Position numbers and translations under genes: made by a program
Assembly: GCA_021789195.1 (NCBI GenBank)
Contig: JAJYJU010000001.1
Location: 1-50,967 of the forward strand
Direction: 5' to 3'
DNA length: 50,967 bases
Source of the DNA: a bacterium
Lineage (GTDB): Bacteria > Patescibacteriota > Saccharimonadia > Saccharimonadales > UBA4665
In this document: one piece after another, positions 39,014 through 48,391 of the stretch
Position numbering within the stretch: the stretch's first letter is position 1
How the letters are laid out: the number at the start of each line of letters is the position of its first letter
The notes under the pieces: model-generated
Told to the model about the DNA's origin: nothing
What the model saw: only the letters and a program-made list of their open reading frames with translations
The model's database searches: none

Positions 39014-39571
39014 TTATAAACGTTTAACTTGCAGACTGTCTAACTCTACCGGTGTTTCGCGTCCGAACATATTTACTAATACCTTTAATTTACCCTTTTG
39101 AACGTCAATTTCATTAATGGCGCCATCAAAGCCCTTAAACGGCCCGTCAATTATATTAACTATGTCTCCGACTATGTAATCGATCTTGTGTTTTGGTTGC
39201 TCAAGACCCATACGTTTTTGAATTTTTTCAATTTCATCTTGTTCGACTGGAGTAGGATCAGTGCCGCTGCCGACGAATCCGGTGACACTCGGGGTGTTTC
39301 TTACAATATACCAAGCATCTTCGCTTAGTTTCATTTGAACTAAGACGTAACCTTGGAAAATTCTTTTCTCTACAACTCGTCTTTTGCCGTTTTTGATTTC
39401 AATCATTTTCTCTTTTGGAACTAAGACTTGGAATATCTTATCTCCCATATCCAAACTTTCAGCACGTTGTCGAATGCTCTCTGCGACCTTTTCCTCATAG
39501 CCACTGTAAGTATGGATTGCGTACCATCGTTTTGAGGTATCGTAACGCTTACTTGATGAAACCATTGCCAT
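39014..39571 (-). CDS. nusG: Transcription termination/antitermination factor NusG
   Basis: WYAIHTYSGYEEKV, VRNTPSVTGFVG, KOW IIDGPFKGF.G, FGRETPVEL. Confidence 0.98.
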   Translation of the reverse strand: MAMVSSSKRYDTSKRWYAIHTYSGYEEKVAESIRQRAESLDMGDKIFQVLVPKEKMIEIKNGKRRVVEKRIFQGYVLVQMKLSEDAWYIVRNTPSVTGFVGSGTDPTPVEQDEIEKIQKRMGLEQPKHKIDYIVGDIVNIIDGPFKGFDGAINEIDVQKGKLKVLVNMFGRETPVELDSLQVKRL

Positions 39572-39590
39572 TAAAAACTCCTTAAAAACC

Positions 39591-39989
39591 TTACTTACTT
39601 TTGCCTAAAATAATAAGTTTAAACAAATGACCTAAGCCGTAGTCTAATGATGCGACGATTGCGCCAAATACGACTGCAAAACCTATTACGGCCATTGTTA
39701 AACGCCAGCTTTCGCGGCGCGACGGCCAGGTTACTTGTTTTATCTCGGCCCAGCTGGATCTAAAGTAAGATGGGAAAATAATCTTGCCAATAAAGCGCAG
39801 AACCTTAGCTATTGCTCGAAATAGCTTATATTTACCTAGAAATACGCCAAGTTTACTAAAGGGTAAAGCAATTAATGCTCTAAGCTTGCGCAGCCATCCC
39901 CTTTTCTTGGGCTTAGCATTGCTGGCGGCTTTGGCTTTCTCGCGCACCGTTTGTGCTGGTCGTAGTTTTCGCTTTGGTTTATCTGCCAT
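39591..39989 (-). CDS. secE: Preprotein translocase subunit SecE (basic N-terminal extension)
   Basis: YFRSSWAEIKQVTWPSRRE followed by a TM helix and LD; directly before nusG. Confidence 0.93.
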   Translation of the reverse strand: MADKPKRKLRPAQTVREKAKAASNAKPKKRGWLRKLRALIALPFSKLGVFLGKYKLFRAIAKVLRFIGKIIFPSYFRSSWAEIKQVTWPSRRESWRLTMAVIGFAVVFGAIVASLDYGLGHLFKLIILGKSK

Positions 39990-40009
39990 CTAATTAAAGT
40001 CCCTTAATT

Positions 40010-40038
40010 AAAAAACCTACAATAATTATTATTGTAGG
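40010..40038 (-). terminator. Terminator-like hairpin in the secE-nusG leader
   Basis: Minus strand CCTACAATAA-taa-TTATTGTAGG followed by T6. Confidence 0.6.
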
Positions 40039-40050
40039 CGAACAAAGTCA

Positions 40051-40079
40051 AGTTTAAACTAGTTTACTTTCTGTTGCAA
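40051..40079 (-). promoter_or_regulatory. Putative sigma-70 promoter of secE-nusG
   Basis: TTGCAA (40079-40074), 17 bp, TAAACT (40056-40051). Confidence 0.55.
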
Positions 40080-40168
40080 GGGGTTAATAAAATTATATAT
40101 AGACTATATATAATAGACGGCTCTAGCTGTATATTCTATAGTTAAACCGAGGTAGTTAAAAAATATAT

Positions 40169-41671
40169 ATGGATACATTGTTGCTTTACATTGTTTTATT
40201 ACTCTTACTGGTAAGTGTCTCTCCTTTACTGCTCGGTATTAATAAGCTTTGGCTTAATCGCAAAACTGTCATTTATATACTAGCCTCAGCTAATATGTTT
40301 CTTGCGGCTTGGGTAGGTGTTTTAGCAATAACCACTCGACAGTTATACATAGGCGTCGGTGCATTTGTTACTCTTTACCAGCTGTTTAATTTATATCGTG
40401 CAGATAGAAGTAAGATAGCTAGTGAGCATCTTAAACGTATAACAATTAAATCGACTTATAGGCTTTGGGTGACTCAAGTATTAATTCTTGCTGCAGCCTA
40501 TTCGTTATATTATTTTGACCCGACTTTTAATACAAGCATGTCACTCGCTATTTTTAGCTATTTAATGGCCCTCATGGTTTTCTCTTCAACTTGGAAAAAC
40601 TACTCAAAGACATATATACCAACTGAAAAACTTAAAAATGTTAAGTCTTTAAACCTGCCCACTTTAACAGTTGCTATTCCAGCCCGAAATGAAAGTGAGT
40701 CTTTAAATAATTGTCTTATATCTCTTCTAGCCAGTAACTACCCAAAGTTAGAAATTATGGTGCTTGATGATCATTCGACCGATCGACGTACGCCTGAAAT
40801 TATCCGTTCGTTCGCTCATGATGGTGTCGAATTTATCCAAGGAAAGTCTTTTAACAGTGAATGGCTAGCTAAGAATTGGGCTTATGAGCAGTTATTAGAT
40901 CGGGCTAATGGTGATTTAGTTTTGTTTTGCGGTGCAGATACTAGATTTGAGCCAGATACCTTAAGAGAATTAGTGTCTATCCTTCTAGATAAAAAATTAT
41001 TAATGTTATCCATCTTGCCCTTTAATGAATATCCAAATAAATTAAGAAATCGTTTTTTCCAGCCCTTACGTTATGCCTGGGAAGTAAGTTTACCAAGACA
41101 AATTTTGCATCGACCGTCGGTTCTGCCAACCAGTTGGCTGGTTGAGAAAGACTTCTTGCTTCAGAAAGGGAGTTTTAAAGGAGTTAGCCGAAAAGTATCG
41201 CCTGAAAGCTATTTTGCTAAACTTGCTATGGAGACTAACCGCTACAGCTTTTTCCAGTTCGTGGATATTAAGAGTCAAAAACCAAGTGATGAGCAAAAGG
41301 AAACGGCATTTAGGCTACGGTACCCGCAACTTCACCGCCAAGTTGAGTCAGTCATGTTAGCTACACTAGCTGAATTGCTTGGCGGCATAAGTGTAATCTT
41401 TCTTATTATTTTTGGAATCTTTACAGATAGATACGTTATTTCACTGATTGATTTGCTCGCCTATGTCTTTTACACACTGGCATTCTTAATCCTTTCAAAA
41501 CTAACTTATAGCCGGAAGAACTGGCTGATGGCTATATTATGGCCCCTGTTTTTAGGGTTGGATATTTTAGTTATGACAATTTCGATGCATAAGTATGAAC
41601 TGGACGAAGTGTTATGGAAAGGACGCAGTATTGCTCCATCGGTTATGGAGCATGCAGTTTCTAATGCTTAG
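40169..41671 (+). CDS. Membrane-bound GT2 glycosyltransferase
   Basis: About 5 N-terminal TMs, VAIPARNE, VLDDHSTD, WLAKNWA, FCGAD, C-terminal TMs and WKGR. Confidence 0.88.
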   Translation: MDTLLLYIVLLLLLVSVSPLLLGINKLWLNRKTVIYILASANMFLAAWVGVLAITTRQLYIGVGAFVTLYQLFNLYRADRSKIASEHLKRITIKSTYRLWVTQVLILAAAYSLYYFDPTFNTSMSLAIFSYLMALMVFSSTWKNYSKTYIPTEKLKNVKSLNLPTLTVAIPARNESESLNNCLISLLASNYPKLEIMVLDDHSTDRRTPEIIRSFAHDGVEFIQGKSFNSEWLAKNWAYEQLLDRANGDLVLFCGADTRFEPDTLRELVSILLDKKLLMLSILPFNEYPNKLRNRFFQPLRYAWEVSLPRQILHRPSVLPTSWLVEKDFLLQKGSFKGVSRKVSPESYFAKLAMETNRYSFFQFVDIKSQKPSDEQKETAFRLRYPQLHRQVESVMLATLAELLGGISVIFLIIFGIFTDRYVISLIDLLAYVFYTLAFLILSKLTYSRKNWLMAILWPLFLGLDILVMTISMHKYELDEVLWKGRSIAPSVMEHAVSNA

Positions 41672-42803
41672 TAGCTGGCGGATTATTGATATTTGGAAAC
41701 GTAACACTAAAGGTCGAACCTTTATTTAACTCGCTTGAAAAACTAATATTAGCATTAGTAAGCTTAGCAATTTTTTTAGTGACGTATAGCCCTAGGCCGG
41801 TACCGTTAATAGCTCTGGCTCTAAGGTCATCGGCTCTAAAGAACTTGTCAAATATGCGTTCCTGATTCGCTTTACTAATCCCGATTCCCGTGTCGCTCAC
41901 ACTAATTTCTACGCCGTTTTCTTTTTGGTCGGCTTTAATAGTTATATGTCCTTTGAGTGTGTACTTTAGAGCATTGGTAATAAAGTTTTGTAACGTCTCT
42001 CGCACATACATTCTGGAAGATTTTAAAACCGATAGGTCTGGATCGATGATAGTTTTAATACTAAGCCCCTTGTTTTTAGCTTCTTCCTGGTAATTACTGG
42101 CCAGTTCTAACACCAGATCATGCACATTGATTGGCTCGATTTCTAAAGTTAGCTTGCTACGCTCTGCGCGACTTAGGGTAGATAAGTCGTTAATTATGTC
42201 AGCTAAGAACATCACTTGCGAGTGAGCCGCTATTAAAGAGGATTTAATCTGATCTATATCACCGTTTCGCTCAACCATTAATTGGGCGTTAGATATGTTT
42301 CCTTCGGCGATTGTAATCGGGGTTCTAAGTTCATGCGACGCCACACTGATAAACTCATCCCTTTCTTCCTCTAAGGACTTCTCGGTAGTGATATCTCTCA
42401 TTAAAAGTACATAGCCGCCCATGTCTTGTCCGCTGCGGTTGTAGCCTAAATGAACGGGCGCGATGCTTAAATAAAGGTTGGACACACTCCCGTCTCTATA
42501 GGTTAGGCGTAAATCACGATTAGTAGTTGATACTTCAGTTTGTCTAACCATTTTTACGATATCGATTGGTTGATCGTTTTTATCGATTGGTTTTAGCACA
42601 TCTTCTAAATCATCACCCTCTTTTAAATTGTTACGGTCTAGAATGTTTAAAGCCGCACCGTTAAACAACACTACCTTAGTGCTTTTATCTACCGCTAGCA
42701 CGCCATCCGCCATGCTATTAACCAGACTGGTTAAGCGGCTGTATGCTAAAGACTCGTTATTTTCCGGTATTATTTCAGAGTTTGTGAACTGCTTTTGATC
42801 CAT
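41661..42803 (-). CDS. Orphan soluble PAS histidine kinase
   Basis: SMADGVLAVD..FN.AA, ASHELRTPI, NALKYT, SDTGIGI, GTGLGL. Confidence 0.92.
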   Translation of the reverse strand: MDQKQFTNSEIIPENNESLAYSRLTSLVNSMADGVLAVDKSTKVVLFNGAALNILDRNNLKEGDDLEDVLKPIDKNDQPIDIVKMVRQTEVSTTNRDLRLTYRDGSVSNLYLSIAPVHLGYNRSGQDMGGYVLLMRDITTEKSLEEERDEFISVASHELRTPITIAEGNISNAQLMVERNGDIDQIKSSLIAAHSQVMFLADIINDLSTLSRAERSKLTLEIEPINVHDLVLELASNYQEEAKNKGLSIKTIIDPDLSVLKSSRMYVRETLQNFITNALKYTLKGHITIKADQKENGVEISVSDTGIGISKANQERIFDKFFRADDLRARAINGTGLGLYVTKKIAKLTNANISFSSELNKGSTFSVTFPNINNPPATKH

Positions 42804-42857
42804 TAATATGCTTATCCTTAGGCTTATTGTAACTTAGCCGGACGATTTTTAAATACC

Positions 42858-43565
42858 TTATAGCGAAATAATGATATCTGGCGTATATGATTTCATTTTA
42901 TTTTTAAGTTGCTTATAGTTCGGCAATATTGTTTCTAGAGATTGCCAAAATTGTGGACTGTGGTTTAAAACTTTTGTGTGAGTTAATTCATGACAAATAA
43001 CGTAATCAATCAATTCATCGGGTAATTGAACGAGGAATAGGTTTAGCGTGATTGATTTATTAATATCGCAACTTCCCCATCTCCGGCTTAGTTTCTTTAT
43101 TTTTAGATTGCTATATGGCAAATTAAAATAACTTGATAAGTATTCGATTCTGTCCGGAAGAGACATTTCAGCTTGCTTAGATAGAACTTTAATGATGCCT
43201 GATTGAGCCGACTTTTGGATCATAGGGTCGCTTACATCCAAAAATGGCGGATGATTAATTAATATATTTGATCCGACGATTTTTGCATTTGGTTTTATAA
43301 CCGCTTCATCCGGAATGAATAAAAGCTTATGGGTTTTATTGATGTTTTGATTTGGTAAAAATAATTTTTGTTTTGGTAGTTTTTTTAAAATCCAGTTTTG
43401 TTGATTTTTTGCAAAATCTATACCAGTCTTATATGGCATCCAATACGGAATAGATACCCTGACTTTGCCACTTGGAGATATACTTAAGTTGATACGACGG
43501 CTGTTACGTCTTTTTGAAACTGTTACATTGCCAATGCTACTAAGTGCAAATGTTTTTGCAGCCAT
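42858..43565 (-). CDS. YgjP/DUF45 (M48/SprT-like) metal-dependent hydrolase
   Basis: RWGSC, IDYVICHELTH...NHSPQFW. Confidence 0.88.
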   Translation of the reverse strand: MAAKTFALSSIGNVTVSKRRNSRRINLSISPSGKVRVSIPYWMPYKTGIDFAKNQQNWILKKLPKQKLFLPNQNINKTHKLLFIPDEAVIKPNAKIVGSNILINHPPFLDVSDPMIQKSAQSGIIKVLSKQAEMSLPDRIEYLSSYFNLPYSNLKIKKLSRRWGSCDINKSITLNLFLVQLPDELIDYVICHELTHTKVLNHSPQFWQSLETILPNYKQLKNKMKSYTPDIIISL

Positions 43566-43606
43566 AAACCGCCTTTATTTCTAACTAATTAAGTAGCAAT
43601 GGGTAG

Positions 43607-44272
43607 TTATCTAATAACAATGTTACGGCGTCGGTTAAGATCTACTCTACCTGCTGAAGGATTAGGTACTAAATTAACCATTTCAGGCATTGCTAAACCG
43701 TTGCTGACCTCGTTTACCCTTAATAGACCCATGTCATTAAGTTTCTTTAGGATGGCAGAAAGTTGAGTATTAAATACGTGTTTGCCACTTAATACGACAT
43801 AATCTTCAGCATTGGTAGGATTTTGCATATTTCTTAGTACATTATCGAAAGTTTGACGGTCAATATTGAGCGAGAATCGATCATCTGCCTTTCGTCTATC
43901 TCGTCTTTGTGTGCGCATGTAAGCAGAGTCAGAATCAATCTGCATCCAGATTACTAAAGGCTGAGCTTTAAATTTTCTGGCTGTGCTACGCAAGCTATGA
44001 CGTTGAGCTGCTCTTAGCGCATTGGCATCGTATATAACGCTCACACCGGCATTTAAGAATTCTTCGGTCATATAATTCATTAGTTGATTTACGACGTTGT
44101 TCTCTTCACGGTCATATCTTGGATTGCTAAATAGCTCACCACGGATTCTTTCACCTTGAACGTGTGTTGCATTTATATGATTAGCTAATTGTCTTGCCAC
44201 GTAGGTTTTGCCAGAACCAGGAAAACCATAAAGCATTATTAGCAGTGGCTGAGTTGGGGTAATCTTATTCAT
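43607..44272 (-). CDS. P-loop kinase-like protein (AAA_33 family)
   Basis: LIMLYGFPGSGKT.VARQL, VIYDAN...R. ATG at 44272 preferred over TTG at 44290. Confidence 0.8.
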   Translation of the reverse strand: MNKITPTQPLLIMLYGFPGSGKTYVARQLANHINATHVQGERIRGELFSNPRYDREENNVVNQLMNYMTEEFLNAGVSVIYDANALRAAQRHSLRSTARKFKAQPLVIWMQIDSDSAYMRTQRRDRRKADDRFSLNIDRQTFDNVLRNMQNPTNAEDYVVLSGKHVFNTQLSAILKKLNDMGLLRVNEVSNGLAMPEMVNLVPNPSAGRVDLNRRRNIVIR

Positions 44273-44389
44273 TACAGTTAGATATAGCAAATTTTCATCT
44301 ATAAAGAAAGCATTAGCGCTAATTATTTGAGGTCATAATAGTTTAGGAAATGTATAATTCTAGATTATAGTAGATGTTTGAACTATTTT

Positions 44390-44464
44390 AGGGGTGTCCG
44401 TTAATGGCTAAGCGGCAGCTCTCCAAAAGCTGTGCTGTCGGTTCGAATCCGACCACCCCTGCCA
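44390..44464 (+). tRNA. tRNA-Trp (CCA)
   Basis: Acceptor AGGGGTG/CACCCCT, anticodon arm CAGCT-CT CCA AA-AGCTG, GTCGG-TTCGAAT-CCGAC, G73, encoded CCA. Confidence 0.95.
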
Positions 44465-44466
44465 GA

Positions 44467-45819
44467 TTAACCGATATATTCCTCAATCAAATCAATTATT
44501 AAAGCAGCTGTCCAAGAAAAGTTTTTTACTCCTGCCGGTTGTCCGGTAATAGGGTTAAAGTACTCATAAAAACCACTTTTCTTAACTAACTCTATTGTTT
44601 GGATAGCTAAATTCTCAGCCTCTTTTACAAAACCGTATCTTTTTAATCCATCAATTAATAGCCAGTTAATGTTAATCCAGCTTGGTCCTTGCCAATAGCG
44701 CATTGGTTTAAACCATTTTGATGACACCGGTACGCTAGGAACTGGAAAGACGGTATTGTATTTCTGCTTATCGTTTAGTTTAACTAGTAGGTGTTCTGCT
44801 CTTTCCTTAGATATTGCCCCCGAGTAGAGTGGCAATAATGCTGCAACAGAATCTTCCTTTAAGAAGTAGCCATATTTTTCATTTCTTGGGTAATATGTTT
44901 TAGCATTTATGTCCCATAATTCATCAAGGTTAGTCTCGGTTTTAGACATACTTATTAATAAGCTTTTAGGCAAAGTTTGATCTATTTCTAGCGCTATTTC
45001 TCTTAATAAGCTGTTGGCTCGAATGAATATGCTGTTATATGCCAAATCTTCAATTGCGAACATTGGTTTCTTAAGAATCTTTGAATTATTGTAGCGTTTG
45101 CGTCTAATTATTCTTTGCGCGCCATATAGCCTTAGTGCCTCAATTGATGTACTACGTTGATTAAAATCGACGTATTTGCCGTCAATTCGTAAATGGTCAC
45201 CGATCTTAATTAATCCGGACCATACCAGCAAGTTAATAAATAAAGGGGTATGGCGTCTGTTCAGGGAAGCTAACCAGGGTGGGGTGTTGTCTAAGCCAGT
45301 TTCCCAAGGATGAATTAAAGTGATTAAACCATCACCTTTTAAATCCCTGTTTTCATATAGCCAGCTATGGTATCTCACAAGTTTATCGAAGACTGATTTA
45401 TACCAAATCTGTCGTTCTGTTTTTGTGAGTTTCGAACCAATCCTATAAACTGCTTCAGCAAACATTGGCGGTTGCGTAATACCGCTTGTTGGCAATCCTT
45501 TAACAGATAAAGGCGATAACCAACTGCGCCAGTTAAATCTATCCCAAAAATATCTAGGAGCAGAATTAAAAATAATATGGGGCACCATGCCGTCTGACCA
45601 TTGAGCATCTAAGAAAGACAATATCTGACGTTTGGAAGCTTCAATATCATAATGGCTTAGCCCAATGCCAATAAAACAACTATCCCATAAGACTCTATGA
45701 GGATATAGGCCACGAGCCGGAATAACTAATCCATTGATACTATTTAAGCTAAGAACTGCTCTGGCTTGTAGATTGAGATTTTGGTATGAGTTTTTTGAAT
45801 CATTGTTAGTCTTTGCCAT
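44467..45819 (-). CDS. GH63/MGH1-like (alpha/alpha)6 glycoside hydrolase
   Basis: LWDSCF, GMVPH, TSGITQPP, HPWETGLDN, YWQGPSW, FYEYFNP, FSWTAA. ATG at 45819 chosen because TACACT lies 6 nt upstream. Confidence 0.85.
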   Translation of the reverse strand: MAKTNNDSKNSYQNLNLQARAVLSLNSINGLVIPARGLYPHRVLWDSCFIGIGLSHYDIEASKRQILSFLDAQWSDGMVPHIIFNSAPRYFWDRFNWRSWLSPLSVKGLPTSGITQPPMFAEAVYRIGSKLTKTERQIWYKSVFDKLVRYHSWLYENRDLKGDGLITLIHPWETGLDNTPPWLASLNRRHTPLFINLLVWSGLIKIGDHLRIDGKYVDFNQRSTSIEALRLYGAQRIIRRKRYNNSKILKKPMFAIEDLAYNSIFIRANSLLREIALEIDQTLPKSLLISMSKTETNLDELWDINAKTYYPRNEKYGYFLKEDSVAALLPLYSGAISKERAEHLLVKLNDKQKYNTVFPVPSVPVSSKWFKPMRYWQGPSWININWLLIDGLKRYGFVKEAENLAIQTIELVKKSGFYEYFNPITGQPAGVKNFSWTAALIIDLIEEYIG

Positions 45820-45962
45820 TTTTATAGTGTACACGTAAAAAAGTTATGAACAGTAGCTATAACACATTAACTTTTATTAGGTGAAAAAAGGTTGTGCTTT
45901 TAGGAGTTTTATCCATATAATGAGATGGAGGAATTTTAAAAAACGAAAAAGATATTGAATAA

Positions 45963-47171
45963 ATGAAGGTGTTAATGCTTGGTTGGGAATTACCACCGCA
46001 TAACAGTGGTGGTCTAGGAGTAGCTTGTTACCAGCTATGTGAGCAACTGTCTAAAAATGATGTCGATCTAGAATTCATTCTTCCTTACACATCTCAGGAA
46101 GACATTTCATTCATGAAGGTTCATGGAGCGATGAGGGACGGAGTGCTTGAGATTATGCAGTCTGGTATTGCTTATGACAGCTATAAATATATATATAACG
46201 ACGGCCATGAGGAATGGCACGATTTATACTCTCAAGCGAAATTTTACGAGCACGCCGTCGCTGACATGATTAAAGGCATGTCATTTGATATTGTGCACGC
46301 CCATGATTGGCTTACTTTTAGAGCAGCTTTAAGGGTTAAGGCCCTAAGAAAAAACATACCTATAATCTTGCATGTACACTCAATTGAATCAGATAGAGCT
46401 GGCGGTCGTCATGGCAACCCATTGGTTAGAGAAATTGAAGAAACGGCAATGTTAGGTGCTGACACCATTATCGCCGTTAGTAATTTTACGAAACAGAAAA
46501 TAGTTGCAGAGTATGGCATCCCTGCCGACAAGATTGAGGTGGTACACAATAGTATTGACCAAAATTCACTAATACCTTCTGACCCGGACAACGCCTACAA
46601 GTACTTAAGTTTACTTAAACAAAACGGTTATAAAGTAGTGTCTAATGTTGGTCGCTTGACTATCCAAAAAGGTTTGACTAATTTGCTTCACGCTGCTCGA
46701 ATTGTGGTTGAAAAACTACCCAAAACTGTTTTTTTGATTGTCGGTAGTGGCGAACAATTACACGAGTTAATAACTTTAGCGGCGGATTTAGGTATTTCAG
46801 AGAATGTCATTTTCACTGGTTTTCAACGTGGCAAGAACTGGCGTGATTCATTTGCAATCTCAGATTTGTTTGTTATGCCTTCTGTCTCTGAACCATTTGG
46901 TTTAACACCTTTAGAAGCTGGCTTTTACAACGTACCGTCGTTAATTTCTAAGCAATCAGGCGTAACTGAAATAATATCAAGTTGCTTAACGGTTGATTTC
47001 TGGGATGTAAATGAAATGGCTAATAAAATCGTTGCAGTTCTCCGCGAGAATGCTTTAAAAAATACCTTAACAGATGCCCTGGCTTTAGAGCTTCAAGCAA
47101 TGAGCTGGGAACGCTCTGCCGGTTTAGTTAAACAGCTTTATGAAAAGCATTTACACAGGGCGGCAGTATGA
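45963..47171 (+). CDS. GT4 glycosyltransferase (glycogen-synthase-like)
   Basis: GWELPP..SGGLG, HAHDW, VGRLTIQKG, PSVSEPFGL. Confidence 0.9.
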   Translation: MKVLMLGWELPPHNSGGLGVACYQLCEQLSKNDVDLEFILPYTSQEDISFMKVHGAMRDGVLEIMQSGIAYDSYKYIYNDGHEEWHDLYSQAKFYEHAVADMIKGMSFDIVHAHDWLTFRAALRVKALRKNIPIILHVHSIESDRAGGRHGNPLVREIEETAMLGADTIIAVSNFTKQKIVAEYGIPADKIEVVHNSIDQNSLIPSDPDNAYKYLSLLKQNGYKVVSNVGRLTIQKGLTNLLHAARIVVEKLPKTVFLIVGSGEQLHELITLAADLGISENVIFTGFQRGKNWRDSFAISDLFVMPSVSEPFGLTPLEAGFYNVPSLISKQSGVTEIISSCLTVDFWDVNEMANKIVAVLRENALKNTLTDALALELQAMSWERSAGLVKQLYEKHLHRAAV

Positions 47172-48373
47172 AATCAATACTCTTATATATGCATGTTCAC
47201 CAGCCCTATAGATTGAGGCACTACACTATTTTTGATGCCGGCACATATCACAATTACTTTGATTCGACATGGGAAGATAAAGCTAATAACCAAAAAACTC
47301 TTCTTAAAGTAGCGGAAAAAAGCTATTTGCCTACTAACGAAATATTATTAAGGCTACTTAATAAGTATCCGGAGTTTAAACTAAGCCTTTCTATATCCGG
47401 AGTTTTGCTAGAACAACTTGAGGAATGGACGCCGGATGTATTGAAGTCGTTCCAGTCTTTAACTGACACTGGAAGAGTTGAAATTGTGGCCGAAACATAC
47501 CATCACTCGCTTGCCTTTTTCTATTCAAGAAGTGAGTTTGAAACTCAGGTAAACATGCATAAGGATATAATTAAGCGTTTATTTAACCAGGAACCTAAAG
47601 TGTTTAGAAATACTGAGCTGTCTTTTAATAATGATTTAGCTGCTTGGGCAGAGTCAGCTGGATATAAGGGAGTTTTAGCAGAAGGTTGGCACAAGTATCT
47701 TGATTGGCGTAGCCCGAATTATGTCTACAAGTCGTCCGTAGCACCTAATCTAAAGCTACTACTTAAGAACTACCGACTTAGTGACGATATTGCTTTTAGA
47801 TTCGGAGATAGAAATTGGAGTGAATGGCCTTTAACGACAGATAAGTTCGTGCACTGGATTAATCAGGATGTTGATGCGCCAATAGTTAATTTGTTTATGG
47901 ACTATGAGACATTTGGAGAACATCAATGGCAGGAATCTGGTATTTTTGACTTTCTAGAGCATCTTCCTAATGAGTGGTTAGCTAACACTGAGCATAATTT
48001 CCTGACTGTGAGCGATGCAGTTGATAAATTTGATCCAGTCGGAGAAATTGATAGCCCGGAAACCGTTACCTGGGCAGATACCGAGCGCGATTTAAGTGCC
48101 TGGCTTGGTAATGCTATGCAGCAGCAAGCCATTGCTTCCTTATACAATTTAGAGCAACCGATATTTAGACTAAATGACTGGTCATTAATTGAAGACTGGC
48201 GTAAATTACAGACCTCAGACCATTTTTACTATATGTGTGTTAAGTGGTTTAACGATGGCGATATTCACGCTTACTTTAGCCCATACGACACCCCATATGA
48301 CGCTTTTATTAATTTTATGAATGCTTATCATGACCTTAAATCAAGACTGCTTGAGAGAGGAATTGAGGTTTGA
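47168..48373 (+). CDS. GH57 alpha-amylase/amylopullulanase-like protein
   Basis: HVHQPYRL, ETYHHSL, FRNTEL (nucleophile), MDYETFGEH (acid/base), WAD..RD.SAW, LQTSDHFYY. Confidence 0.92.
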   Translation: MKSILLYMHVHQPYRLRHYTIFDAGTYHNYFDSTWEDKANNQKTLLKVAEKSYLPTNEILLRLLNKYPEFKLSLSISGVLLEQLEEWTPDVLKSFQSLTDTGRVEIVAETYHHSLAFFYSRSEFETQVNMHKDIIKRLFNQEPKVFRNTELSFNNDLAAWAESAGYKGVLAEGWHKYLDWRSPNYVYKSSVAPNLKLLLKNYRLSDDIAFRFGDRNWSEWPLTTDKFVHWINQDVDAPIVNLFMDYETFGEHQWQESGIFDFLEHLPNEWLANTEHNFLTVSDAVDKFDPVGEIDSPETVTWADTERDLSAWLGNAMQQQAIASLYNLEQPIFRLNDWSLIEDWRKLQTSDHFYYMCVKWFNDGDIHAYFSPYDTPYDAFINFMNAYHDLKSRLLERGIEV

Positions 48374-48391
48374 CTTTGAACAGGGGGCGGG

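Noticed and set aside
28715..45920. One-mismatch DnaA-like 9-mers (TTATGAACA at about 28720 and 45844, TTATGCGCA at about 35770, TTATCCATA at about 45909)
   Set aside because: Expected by chance in AT-rich DNA. Their positions before dnaB and dcd are suggestive but not enough without conservation data.
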